From Octopus bimaculoides (Eukaryota), in the NCBI RefSeq assembly GCF_001194135.2, contig NC_068981.1, positions 53,970,650-54,034,649 on the forward strand: 64,000 nucleotides of DNA, in the 5' to 3' direction. The translations under genes were made by a program, and so were the position numbers. Under the pieces are notes generated by a model, which was not told the origin of the DNA, did not search any database, and saw nothing but the letters and a program-made list of their open reading frames with translations. Of this stretch, positions 51,651 through 64,000 are shown one piece after another; position 1 is the stretch's first letter; each line of letters begins with the position of its first letter.

Positions 51651-52077
51651 AATGTTGTCTGTATGTGTACATAATAACCATTAAAAATAGACATGATATG
51701 AACATCTGATAATACCAGGAGATGGAGTATTGGAAAATTAAGATGTTTGTGCATTTATTCACGGGCATATGTAGTGTAAGTGTAAGTGGTGTGAAATTAC
51801 TTCAGCTGAGAATTAACCGAGAGGTTGCTTCCAGATGACGTTGTTGGCTGGAGAAAATTTGATTATTTAACATAAGACCATTGTGTGTACATGAGCTTGC
51901 AAAGTTGATTGAAGCGAGCTGATACATTACTGGTTTTTATTTTTATTTTATAATCATTGGATGGGTAGAAAGTGAAGTCGTCGATATCAGGTAGATGTCA
52001 TTAGATATTGCAAATCATTTACTCCAATACTCTGCGTACGCACCAAAAACAATATAATAATATAATATTAAATAACA

Positions 52078-52123
<46 letters not shown>

Positions 52124-52679
52124 NNNNNNNNNNNNNNNNNNNNNNNNNNNNNNNNNNNNNNNNNNNNNNNNNNNNNNNNNNNNNNNNNNNNNNNNNNNNN
52201 NNNNNNNNNNNNNNNNNNNNNNNNNNNNNNNNNNNNNNNNNNNNNNNNNNNNNNNNNNNNNNNNNNNNNNNNNNNNNNNNNNNNNNNNNNNNNNNNNNNN
52301 NNNNNNNNNNNNNNNNNNNNNNNNNNNNNNNNNNNNNNNNNNNNNNNNNNNNNNNNNNNNNNNNNNNNNNNNNNNNNNNNNNNNNNNNNNNNNNNNNNNN
52401 NNNNNNNNNNNNNNNNNNNNNNNNNNNNNNNNNNNNNNNNNNNNNNNNNNNNNNNNNNNNNNNNNNNNNNNNNNNNNNNNNNNNNNNNNNNNNNNNNNNN
52501 NNNNNNNNNNNNNNNNNNNNNNNNNNNNNNNNNNNNNNNNNNNNNNNNNNNNNNNNNNNNNNNNNNNNNNNNNNNNNNNNNNNNNNNNNNNNNNNNNNNN
52601 NNNNNNNNNNNNNNNNNNNNNNNNNNNNNNNNNNNNNNNNNNNNNNNNNNNAAAAAAAAAAAAAAAAAAAAAAAACTGA

Positions 52680-52858
52680 AAGCCACTGGACTTTCAAAAA
52701 CTTCGAATTCATCAGAAGAGAAAAAGAAGAAATCAAACGATAGGAGAAAGGCTCGAAAAATCAACCTCTCGTCCTCCACCACCATGCAGTCAATGTCATC
52801 AACAGTTAATGCAAGAATTAGTCTACTTAGTCATCAACGCCATCATCAAGAAAGTTGA
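52680..52858 (+). mobile_element. RTE/BovB-like LINE extreme 3' fragment
   Basis: EEKKKKSNDRRKARK...NARISLLSHQRHH resembles the RTE terminal RARIGLISH.R.H zinc-finger remnant. Confidence 0.55.
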
Positions 52859-53356
52859 AAAACCCTTATATATTTCTGGTACAAAGGCCCATCTTCAGAG
52901 GTCAAAGAAATTTGTGTCTACGTTGATACTTAGATGTAAATTGTATCCTTCTGGGGGTGGGTCTTTGCGCCTGAAATATATAAAGGATTTGTTCTTCTCT
53001 GCATTGTCAAAAGCTTTTCTCATTTCTATTTTTGTTTATTATTCCACACACACACACACACTCACAGAGGTGTGTTTCTCATAAGGAGAGGCTTGGGAGG
53101 ATTGAAAGCGAAGTGGACAAATTGCAATGTTGGAAAAAAACCAAACGATTTTGAAGGAAGTAGATATCATTGACTTGTACCTAATGTTATCGACCATGAA
53201 AGGACGAAAGCTAAATTTGAATTCAGTAGGTAAAGAGCGTGAGAAAAGTTTCCAAACTATTTTCCCGACACTCCATTTCTCTCTTTTGCTACTATGGGTG
53301 CAAAATCTTTTTTGTCTTCTCATCAAAACATTTTGCTCATACATGTTGATAGGATA

Positions 53357-53570
53357 GGCGGAAGGCAGGCAAAATCTGTAGCAGGTCGGGCAAAATACTT
53401 ATCGGCATTTCATCCGTCTTTACAGTCTGAGTTCAAATTCCACTGAGGTCCACGTTGCCTTTCATCTTTTGGGATCAATAAAATAAGTACCAGCTGAGTA
53501 CTGGGGTTGATGTAATCGACTTACCTACCTCCCTCGAAATTGCTGGCTCTGTGCCAAATTTTGAAACTAA
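53357..53570 (+). mobile_element. SINE family A
   Basis: GTCTGAGTTCAAATTCCACTGAGG...TAAGTACCAG...GATGTAATCGACT...GTGCCAAATTTTGAAAC. Confidence 0.85.
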
Positions 53571-54139
53571 TCTATTTTGGTAGGATGAGAAAAGTGATAT
53601 TTGCTAGCTCTTGAGAACCACACATATATTATATAACATATATATAATATATAGTGTATGATGTATATATAATATATTGTATAAAATATTTTAATTATAA
53701 ATTTAAAATATTCAAACTGTAATATATTGACTAAGGTACAAGACTAAAGCTAATCAGACTGCAGTATATAGATATTTGGAGTCGAACCGGAGAAGTGACC
53801 TAAGTGTAGTTATATATTTATGTGAGTTAACTATGACGATGGTCATTTTCACTACAGACACGAAAATACATTAATAAATAGAAATACTCATACAAGATGA
53901 TGACTGTAATTTCAGTTAGATGATTAATAGTATCTAGTTTCCTGTTCTACGGTTTTGAATTGAAATCTAATATTACTTAACTTTCATCTGCACTGTACAA
54001 AAAATATTTACCACTACATAATGGAGAATTTTAAAATGTTACTTTTATTTCATATTTTTTCCTGCATTAATATTTTGCCATTAACTAAGTTAATTATAAT
54101 TGTTTTGCTATATAAAACTGTATTTCGATAGATTCGAAG

Positions 54140-54340
54140 AATATTGGTTTCAAATTTGGCATATGGCCAGTGATTTCGGGGGAAGGGGCTAGTCGATTAC
54201 ATCGACCTTCAGTGTTCCATAGGTACTCATTTTATCGACCCCAAAAGAATGAAAGGCAAAATCGACCTCGCCGGCATTTGAAGACGGATGAAATGCCGCT
54301 AAGCATTTTGCTAGGCGTGTTAACGATTCTGCCGCCTTAG
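54140..54340 (-). mobile_element. SINE family A
   Basis: GAAAGGCAAAATCGACCTCGCCGGCATTTGAA core. Confidence 0.85.
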
Positions 54341-55319
54341 ATTAGAAGAATATTGATATCAAACATTGGCATAATGCTTTGTTTATACTGCCAATTTGCT
54401 ATCTTTGGGAAATACTATTAACAAATGAATGTTATGTCGTCACATATAATTATTACAAGCCTCAGTCTCATTTATGATTATAGATACTGTGGAAAAAGCT
54501 TGATCTAGACGATTTTATTTTCATTTATGTAATTGAATACTGAAATGTGTGGAGTTAACGCATTTTAAATGTAACTAAAAGATGGGTAGTAAATAAAGAG
54601 CAATATAATTTTAAACAAAACTGATTTTAAAGCGTTCTTACTTGATTTGTTACAGTAGTTTACAATTGATCAGGAAGTGAAACATGTTATTCATCAGAGA
54701 AAGATGTCACTTCCGGTATACTATCTCGAAAAACTTTCAAATAATTATACACATAGAAATCTGATAACAAATAAATTGGTTTGCGGTATTTTGATTACTT
54801 GAAAGAAACCAGGCAGAAAACATGACCTATGTCAAATAAAATAATTTCCGAAGTCAACTTCTGGACTATATTTATGTCAGCAAATCAGTTCTTTGCACAG
54901 AATTCTTACTCTCGTCCATGATTTTTGCATTATATTTTATGTTTCCAAACTAACTGATCCTAAACAAATGCATTTATACTTTTAATACCTAACTGATTAT
55001 TTCCCCACTTATTTGGCTCATTATGTGTTATTACAGATATGTCTATAATTACTAGTTTTGGTTGGATACAATTAATATATTTGATTTATTCCATTTTCCT
55101 ATTTTTTCTTAGTGTTTCTGTATTTTGTATACTTTTTCTGTTTTTATAGATTAGAAAGAAGAGGTGTAAGTAGTACCTAAGACATTTTCAAGTCGTCCTA
55201 AACTAAAAAGCCAGGGTTAAACTCAGCATACAGCCAATTGTTTGACAATAAAAAATTGAACCAGTGCGTCATGAACCTCCCTAGTCAAACGATTTATTCC
55301 AACACACAAGTCCACACAT

Positions 55320-55640
55320 ATATATATATATTATATATATAGAACAGAGTTTTGTGTGTGTGTGTGTGTGTATGTGTGTGTGTGTGTGTGTGTGTGCGTG
55401 CGCGCGCATGTTCCTTATGGATTCGAAAACTGAGTTACCGATTTTGACTTGTGAGGTATCAAAATATTCAGTAATCTTTCGACTACCAAATAAAGTATGC
55501 TTTTTTCACAACTCTTTTTAACTACAAAATAACCTCGTAAACGAGGTCGGCTCGCACAATTTTGAGGTCTTTAGTTAAGGGAGACAACTCTACCTCTACA
55601 ATCGTTATGTCTTACATAGACCATAATGAGAAAATGTTTA
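55320..55640 (+). mobile_element. Possible Helitron-like 5' fragment
   Basis: TATATATATAGAACAG+(TG)n+AAAACTGAGTTACCGATTTT resembles non-autonomous Helitron heads; hairpin ACCTCGTAAACGAGGT; no CTAG end found. Confidence 0.3.
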
Positions 55641-55892
55641 ATATATGGAATTTTATCAGGGAATGAAATTTCGAAGATATATCGTCAGCTTTATTTGTAT
55701 TATTTAGTAGATAATCTTTTAATGTTGAAGTATGTTCGTCTGTGTTTTTTAGTCCAGAGTTGCCTCTGATGTAGCAGACTCATTGCATAGTTTTTTTCTT
55801 GTTGTAAATCTGTGTCTTTCTTTTGATGAAAGGGTGTGTTTTAAGAGAGATTTGGCTGCTATTTGTAGTAGCACAAATTACTACAGAGACAC

Positions 55893-55936
<44 letters not shown>

Positions 55937-56384
55937 CGTTGTGGTGGAAAAAAAATCTTTTTTCTCAGAATATTTTGCATAATAATTTTAAAAGAAATCT
56001 GGACATCTTTCTTATTGCTAACCATTCAACTTCAAATTGAAATTGTTAATTGTTGGGAGCCAAGTAGACTGAGATATACATATCCTGCTATCGTATAGAG
56101 TGGAAGTTTAATACGAAGTTTTGAACTCATTATCTTGTGGTTAGTAATCCATTAACTTAAATTTGAAGCCATTAAATCTTTAAACATTATTTTACTGGGT
56201 TTAGTCTTTCAACTGTCGCCATGATGGGGTATCACCTTCTAAAATTTAATTTATCATACTGACCTCAGTACGTATTTCAATTTGGCATTTATTTTATAGA
56301 CTTTTGCTTGATGAACTGCTAACTTTGAGACATAGTGAGACCCAATACTTAATTTAATAACAAATATAAACACACACACACGTT

Positions 56385-56530
56385 AGAATGACTGATGGTT
56401 GAGAAGTTTGCTTCCCAGCTACATGGTTTCACGTTCAGTCCCTCTGCATGGTACCTTGGGCAAGTGCTTTCTACTATAATCCTAGGCCAACCACAGACTT
56501 GTGACTGAATTTGGTAGATGGAAACTACAG
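56385..56530 (+). mobile_element. SINE family B head fragment
   Basis: GTTCAGTCCCTCTGCATGGTACCTTGGGCAAGTG...TTTGGTAGATGGAAACT. Confidence 0.75.
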
Positions 56531-57257
56531 CGTTGTACATCAGAAGATGACCGAAAAACATGTTTCTAAAGCACAGTCGTTTGCTTCATACTCTTCATGT
56601 GCCGATTCTTCCCATATATACATACTCATACATATGTATATGTGTGTATCTGTGTCTGAGTCTGTGTACACGTACATACACACACACACTCACACACATA
56701 CTCACACATTCGCACGCACATACACACTCAACAAAGTTTCCAAAGCATTAAATAAATCAAGTCAATAGATTTCTTCAAATAGAATAGATGTTGCAGTTTA
56801 TAGAAACACCCTTTCTTTTAAATTTACCATTTATGTTCTGTAGCCAACTCTAAAGAGCCAAGGCAAACACTGTTACACTAAACTTGTCTATCTAATACAT
56901 ACATAAATATATGTATTCGTACGTACATATATATATATATATATATATANNNNNNNNNNNNNNNNNNNNNNNNNNNNNNNNNNNNNNNNNNNNNNNNNNN
57001 NNNNNNNNNNNNNNNNNNNNNNNNNNNNNNNNNNNNNNNNNNNNNNNNNNNNNNNNNNNNNNNNNNNNNNNNNNNNNNNNNNNNNNNNNNNNNNNNNNNN
57101 NNNNNNNNNNNNNNNNNNNNNNNNNNNNNNNNNNNNNNNNNNNNNNNNNNNNNNNNNNNNNNNNNNNNNNNNNNNNNNNNNNATATATATATATATATAA
57201 TATATAAATATATGCATATATCCATACATATATGTACATACCTACATCTATATGTAT

Positions 57258-57332
<75 letters not shown>

Positions 57333-57824
57333 ATATATATATGTATGTATGTATGTGTGCATAATTGTGTGTGTATTAATGTTTGTGTGTTATTAAAGCA
57401 ACATGAATAGCAATCTGATAACTGATAACATAAAAACAAGATTGCTAATTTGTATTAGCTTTGATTTGATATGAAAGTATTTGTTTAGTAAAATTTGAAT
57501 CAGCCGTGTTTGCTATCAAGCTAATTAGTGATCCTTTGGAAATTAATTACTGCTATTGTTGTACTCGTCTTTTTTTATGCAACACCTCTTTGCATCTTTC
57601 CACAAGGCAAAAGAAAAGAGAGAAGACTACATGGGTCATAACTAATTAGTAGAGTTGTAAAAAGCTGGACATTTTGTTTGCCTAAATGCTTACTTCGTAT
57701 CATAACCATTCAATGTGTTTGATATAAAATAATTCAATATTGCTTCACTATGAACGCCATTTTCTTATTTTGAGACCTAAGAAAAAATGACAAAAGAACA
57801 AAATAGAAGTATAATAATTCTTTT

Positions 57825-58005
57825 TAGATTTGGCTCTAGGCCAGCAGTTTTAAGGAAATGGGGTAAGCCAATTACATCGACTCCAATAATTGACTGGTAG
57901 TTTATTTGTCAAGTACCAGATGAAAGGCAAAGCTGATCTCAGTGAGATTTGAACTCAGAGAAGGCATTTTGTCCGACAACTGACAAGTTTGACAGTTCAC
58001 CACCT
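57825..58005 (-). mobile_element. Diverged SINE family A
   Basis: GATGAAAGGCAAAGCTGATCTCAGTGAGATTTGAACTCAGA. Confidence 0.75.
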
Positions 58006-58117
58006 TAAACAGGAGTGTAATAATATTAAATATTTAAACTACAAGTTATAATATATTATGTATCATATTATACATAATATGATATCATACTCAGAATAAT
58101 ATTGTATTACGTATATT

Positions 58118-58322
58118 AAGGCGGCAAGCTGGCATAATCGGGCAAAATGCTTAGCGGGATTTTGCTCGTTTTTACGTTTTGAGTTCGAATTCCGCCGAGG
58201 CGAACTTTACCATTCATCCTTTTGAGGTAGATGAAATCAGCACCAGTTGAGTACTTGGGTCGAGGTAATCGACTTACCCCTTTCTCCGAAATTGCTGGCC
58301 TTGTGCCAAAATTTGAAACCAA
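58118..58322 (+). mobile_element. SINE family A, full length
   Basis: GGCGGCAAGCTGGCATAATCG...GAGTTCGAATTCCGCC...GTGCCAAAATTTGAAACC. Confidence 0.85.
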
Positions 58323-59730
58323 TAATTTATTACATATTATATTTCAGCTACATATATGGGCCATTGCCGGTCACGGCAGAAGCATTACAATAATTTTTAT
58401 GTCGTGAAGAAAAATAGTAGAAACGTTTCAGGAAGAATCTAATTTCAATAGGATTGTACGATGAATAGATAATTCAAGCACATTTTATAAATAAATAGTG
58501 AACAGTGTCTTTATACATGCAAAATCAATTAAAGAAAGAACGTGAGAAAGCAAAATGAAGAGAAGAGAAAATAGGATGAATGATAATATGAAACGTATAA
58601 ATATGCTGACAAACAGAACTGGAAGTAAAAGCAACTTACGGTGGCCCAGTGTCAAAGATCAAACAAATTATGTAGTAGACACTGTATATCTAAACTTTCA
58701 AAAATATGAAATACTGATGAGACAAGAATATGAAGAAAATAATGAAAATTTCCCGAGGTCTATGGAAATTCACCAGGAACTAATTTTCGACTGTTACAAT
58801 GGAAATATGTCAGTGGATGCTGCAGATGCACAACTATAATTTTGATACCTCACGTATTAAACGAAAGGTGGACAAATCAAGTAAGTTTTTTCGCGAATGT
58901 TACTGTTTTAGAAGATTCTTGTAATATAAGTTGTACAGAGCTCTAAGAATTAAAGTTGTACGGCTGTTTGTCGAGTTGATTTTTCTAAAATATATTTTAA
59001 ACAGCTCCACCGTAATTGTCTTCAAATACAGCTATAACTGTTGTTACATATAAACTAGCTTGCCCAGGAAGACTTCCTATATATAAACGTTATCACACCA
59101 GGCTTGAGCTCATAAATTTGCCTATCTACTAAACGTACAGTCCAGAGGTATAGATATATCTAATTTTTACAGCTATTAAATTTATTTCATCATAAGCCGA
59201 CGTATTATGATAAACAATGCATTGCTTATTGACCAGAATCTCAGTTTGCTTCATAGACAATACTTTTGAGCTTACTTAGTCTTCATTGTAGTTGATGGTA
59301 AATATGTGTGAATAATTTCTTTCGTTCTGGAAAATCGATTTGCTTACATTCAGTTTTTATTCAAATAGTACAAATGAAAATAAGACTTTGGAATCAATCT
59401 GAATTAAGTTCAAATATATTAAGAGAAAAAAAAAACAACAAATATTAACATCAAATTAAAATAGTAATCGTAATGGTATTAATATTGCTAATGATAATTT
59501 TTCAAATGTCTCTTTAGTAGAGGGCATCAAAACTCAAGAAATAAAATACAATATCTTTACTATACGTACATTTAATGTTTCAGCGAGTTAACTCATGAAA
59601 CGATGTTGATGCCCTCTCGTGTGTATGTATGTATGTATGTATGTATGTATGTATGTATGTATGCATGTGTGTGTATTTATATATATTCAGAGAGAGAGAG
59701 AGAGAGAGATAGGGGAGGGAGAGAGAGAGC

Positions 59731-59765
<35 letters not shown>

Positions 59766-59775
59766 NNNNNNNNNN

Positions 59776-60140
59776 TGCGGTCATGCTTGAGCACCGCCTT
59801 TAGTCGAGCAAATCGACCCCAGGACTTATTCTTGGTAACCTAGTACTTATTCTATCGGTCTCTTTTGCCGAACCGCTAAGTTACGGGGACGTAAACATAC
59901 CAGCATCGGTTGTCAAGCGATGTTGGGGGGACAAACACAGACACACAAACATATACACACACATACATATATATATATACATATATACGACGGCCTTCTT
60001 TCAGTTTCCGTCTACCAAATCTACTCACAAGGCTTTGGTCGGCCCGAGGCTATAGTAGAAGACACTTGCCCAAGATGCCACGCAGTGGGACTGAACCCAG
60101 GACCATGTGGTTGGTAAGCAAGCTACTTACCACACAGCCA
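59776..60140 (-). mobile_element. SINE family B, near full length and little diverged
   Basis: Complete tail, internal microsatellite and head structure. Confidence 0.9.
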
Positions 60141-60514
60141 AAATATCTTTAGAATATTGCACATAAATATGGGCCATCACTTCTAGTGTAGGCTTCGATA
60201 AAAAAAAAGTCCATACTTAAAAAAAAAGTCCAAGCAGGCATCAGAAGAATTTGCTAATTAGATAAATGAAATAGAGAATAGGAGCAGTGGAAAGTAGCAA
60301 TGATTATAATGAAATATTGATGATAGTTCTGGCAGTTGGGTGGCAGTCGGTGTACTAATGTTAGAAGTAGTCGTAGAATCTGAAATATTAGAAAGTGATT
60401 TAATAGCAATAACAACTATATTTGAAGACAATTGTTTGCAATTGTCATAAAACGTTTGCAGAAAATCTGCTCATGATATACTACCATACATTTGTTTCTG
60501 GGTGAATTAAAATC

Positions 60515-60564
60515 AAACAACAACAACAAACAACATCAACAAAGACAGCAGCAGCAGCAGCAGC

Positions 60565-60607
<43 letters not shown>

Positions 60608-60680
60608 GTAGCAGCAGCAGCAGCAGCAGCAGAAGCAGCAGCAGCAACAACAACAACTACAACCAATAGTAATAATAATA
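60515..60680. repeat. (CAA)n/(CAG)n/(AAT)n triplet array
   Basis: Directly visible. Confidence 0.95.
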
Positions 60681-60881
60681 AATGTCCTGATGCAGTACCA
60701 GGCACTGGCTTTCATGGCTTCTGATCTTAACTGGTTAGAAGTGTTATCATGTACATGTTTCGTCTTGGTATAAAAGATGGGCTACCGATTTGCTTGTCAG
60801 TTGCTTGATCTTAACAAGGTGAGCAGTCCCTTAGTGGCTGACGATATGTGCCTGATCACGAACAGAAGTAGTGGGGGAGCA
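60681..60881 (+). mobile_element. Family C retroposon, 5' part with internal deletions
   Basis: AATGTCCTGATGCAGTACCAGGCA...GGCTTCTGATCTTAAC matches the reverse complement of ~39845-40075. Confidence 0.85.
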
Positions 60882-61309
60882 ACTTTGTGATGTGTGTGTG
60901 TGCACTGTTTATTTTAAAAGATCATTGGGAGAGAGTATTGTGGCCCTAACAGACGGATTTGAATTTAAAACATTTCGCTTTTAATGTTAAAATCTCGGTG
61001 GCAATTGATGAAGCTAAAAATGCATAGGTTTATCAGTTGTACGGTACTCACATCGACACTGCTTATATATTTATCTAAAGAATTTATCTAAAACATTTAA
61101 CTCCTACTTGTAAATCTACCTAACTGCAATGGGAGCCACATGAAATGCAACTCATCGCTGAAAGATTTGGCAGTATTTTATAACAGCGTTTCGATAGGTT
61201 GTAGTGTAGAGATGAACATTGTTATGGATTGGTAAAAGATAACATTATCCATTTCACTATAGAAAAATAACCCAATGAAATATGGGATTGATAGTTTGCC
61301 AAACATGCA

Positions 61310-61445
61310 TAAAAATTTCAAGGTTTTGAAGTCAACTTTACCTTTTATCCTCTCGAACTCGATAAAACAAGTATCAGCGGAGCACTGGGATCGATGCAAT
61401 CGACTAAACTTCCCTCCAAAATTTCAGATCTTGTGCGTATAGTAG
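61310..61445 (+). mobile_element. SINE family A 3' fragment
   Basis: GTCAACTTTACCTTTTATCC...CACTGGGATCGATGCAATCGACT. Confidence 0.7.
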
Positions 61446-62239
61446 AATGAATACTGTAGTGTAAAATGAAAACATGCCAGAGGATATATTATACTGCATA
61501 ATTATACTAAATGAGTGACGAGTATGTGGGTACTCCTGTGACTTTGAACACGGTAATTTATTCTACAGGATGAATAAAATACATTTTAGCATTTCAATTT
61601 TACATATGATTTCAATGCTAAAGGAACTTCTGAATCATCCTATGTACTCGAATTGATTAAGCCACTGACATTTTCCTTCGCATAGAATGTATCACTCGTT
61701 ATTGTGAGCAGTACCTAACATTTTTTTATAAAGCTTTAAATTCACGTTTTTTGTTTGGGATTTAACGTTTAACAACTTTGGGCATCGATCATACCGTTTA
61801 CTTAACCTATTGATCTGATATGTCATTAGAGAGTGTTAATATTGTATGGAAATTTGAATATTACAGTTGATCTGTGTATAGAACAGGAGGAAAGCTGTCA
61901 CTTTCAGTTATAAGGTTCTCACTCTGCAATAAGTTCACAGGTGATGAATTACCCTTATATATATATACATCAATTTAATTACTTTTCATTTAATGAGATT
62001 TCTTTAAATATTCAGCACTTCATTTTAATTGCTAAAATCTCTCTTCACTCATCTGACGTTGAAAAATTGCTTCTTATTTGTGGTATATATTCTGCTTTAA
62101 AGTATATATTTAACATTTAAATCGATATGATGTTCATGAAAGTAAGAAGAAATTATTTAAAACAGCCTGTAAATTACTACATAGGTATTAGGTTGTTAAA
62201 ATTATTTTCATTGAGAAATAATAGGATACAATAAAGTAT

Positions 62240-62287
<48 letters not shown>

Positions 62288-62378
62288 TAGAGAGGGGGAG
62301 GAGAGAGGAAAAGAAGAAAGAGATTATTAAGAAAGTCAGATGCTTTATTACGTTACTCTTTCCATTGAGTGATTAAGA

Positions 62379-63190
62379 TCTATTATATAAAATAGAAATG
62401 TGTGCATATTCACTTTTAATGCGAAAACGGCTGCACCAATTACTTCCATACTTCTCATGCTTGAATAATTTGACCTCGGACATATAATACGGTCTTCATT
62501 TGATTTTTTTATTAAAATTTTAAAAAAATAAAAAATTTTGTTTTTTATATTACATTCACGTCTTTCAAAGATTTTAAAATATTTACTTCCGGTTTTCTAC
62601 CTTCAGTGATGTAACATATCTCTTTATGTTTATCTCTCTATCCAACTCTCTATCTATCTCTATCTCTCAGTAACATGTCTCTCTATCTATATCTCTTGTT
62701 TTCACTTTCATTTTTCAGACGCTATTCTTTTCACTTTCAATTTTCATACGCCATTGTTTCACTTTTATGTTATTGTTTTCACATTTTACTGACAGAAAGA
62801 AGTTCACAATTACTGATGTAAGTAATTTCATAATTTACTGACAGAAGTATCTTCATTAATTTCACTTCAATCCGTACAGTTTCGTGTTTTTCTGTTGTCG
62901 ACGGTTTCTTTCTGGTTTCTTCCATACTAGCTCTTTGCTTCACTGAGTGACAAATTTCGCTTCAACCCGTACAATACTCTATTTTCTACACTCATGTATT
63001 TCTGTATACATATACTACGAATATGTGTTATGTCCATTTCGAATATATACAATTTTGGGAGGTAGGTGTTTGTTTTTATTTTGGGAGGTAAGTGTTTGTC
63101 AACAAATTTCTATACAACATATTCTGCTTTTTCTTCCAATATGTAAGGAAATAAAATTTCATTCCTGGCAACACCGGGTGCCTCTGCTAG
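62379..63190 (+). mobile_element. Non-autonomous Helitron (812 bp) with intact termini
   Basis: A|TCTATTATATAAAATAGAAATG start; hairpin CCTGG-CAACA-CCGGG at 63164-63178; CTAG|T end; A-T insertion site without TSD. Confidence 0.85.
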
Positions 63191-63649
63191 TATGTTATAA
63201 AAATTCACTTTAAAGATTATTCTTCAATCGAATGAGTCATCTTTTTTGTTTTCTAAATGTTTTTATTGTAGATAGGTTATATTGCATTACCTATGTATTT
63301 TCAAGTGTATGCTATGAATGGCATTTATACTTGCTATTGTATGTTCTTGAAATTCCTTTTCATTATTGAGGTAAAGAGTCTTAAAAGTATATAATTTTAT
63401 AAGTGTTATACGTTGAATGTAGTAATTAGCACCACATTGTGTCGTTTAAGAAGCAGTTAACTGTTTGCAATAATGTACTGTTAGAAGTGAGGAAAAATAC
63501 TAACAATAACAATGTCTTAATATTCTGCTATAACGAATGATATATAATAAGGATGAATAAGTAATTGAGAGCTTACATTTTAATAGATGAGAAATGTCGA
63601 CGAAGTTCATGTATACTTACAGTTATATGGTTTTTTATATGTGTGTGTC

Positions 63650-63709
<60 letters not shown>

Positions 63710-64000
63710 CACACACGCACGTTTGTATGTGTTTGTGTGTATGTACGAAAGAAGTAACGAAAACTACAATTGTTACAGCAAGAATTTGCTAAAATTATGA
63801 TAAATCTTTCTTAATACAAAGGCAATATTTTTAGCATATTATACGAAACCATGTTTGTCGAATCTTGAAATACATATCAAATGAAATTCTGAATTCTTAC
63901 CATTATCTTGCAGTCGAAAAAGATTGTCACGTCGGTTTAGTAGTTACTTGATTATAAATTCAGGTGTTACATCTGTAATGTCATATATACGAGTATATAT

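Noticed and set aside
54673-54718. Inverted GGAAGTGA/TCACTTCC pair (ETS-like sites, small hairpin)
   Set aside because: An 8-bp stem is within chance expectation and there is no supporting context.
58118-58200. tRNA genes suggested by B-box-like GTTC(A/G)AAT(T)CC motifs
   Set aside because: They are SINE heads; no complete cloverleaf can be folded by eye.

Overview
AT-rich, repeat-saturated metazoan DNA from a short-read scaffold with about 14 N-gaps, almost all bounded by microsatellites. The SINE families match from memory those that dominate Octopus genomes; this is inference, not a database result. No protein-coding gene can be supported with confidence, and most ORF-track entries are microsatellite, low-complexity or N-spanning artefacts. 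The window is best read as intronic or intergenic. Supported content: about 20 copies of tRNA-like SINE family A, about 12 of family B and two of a ~560-bp retroposon (family C); a full-length decayed Tigger/pogo transposon (41769-44105); a mariner transposase 3' half; a GIN1/Ginger-type integrase remnant; several RTE-clade LINE fragments; a non-autonomous Helitron with intact termini (62379-63190); and several non-autonomous DNA elements. The most notable structures are a MITE family with 28-bp GG-starting TIRs and an 8-bp TSD that carries internal (TTAGGG)n arrays (three copies), a 2.4-kb inverted pair of another MITE with one TTAGGG element nested inside, a 160-bp near-perfect hairpin, and a minus-strand exon candidate that would encode an NPxY- and PDZ-ligand-bearing tail if a 1-bp frameshift is an assembly error. 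None of these is shown to be a new biological system; they are leads.
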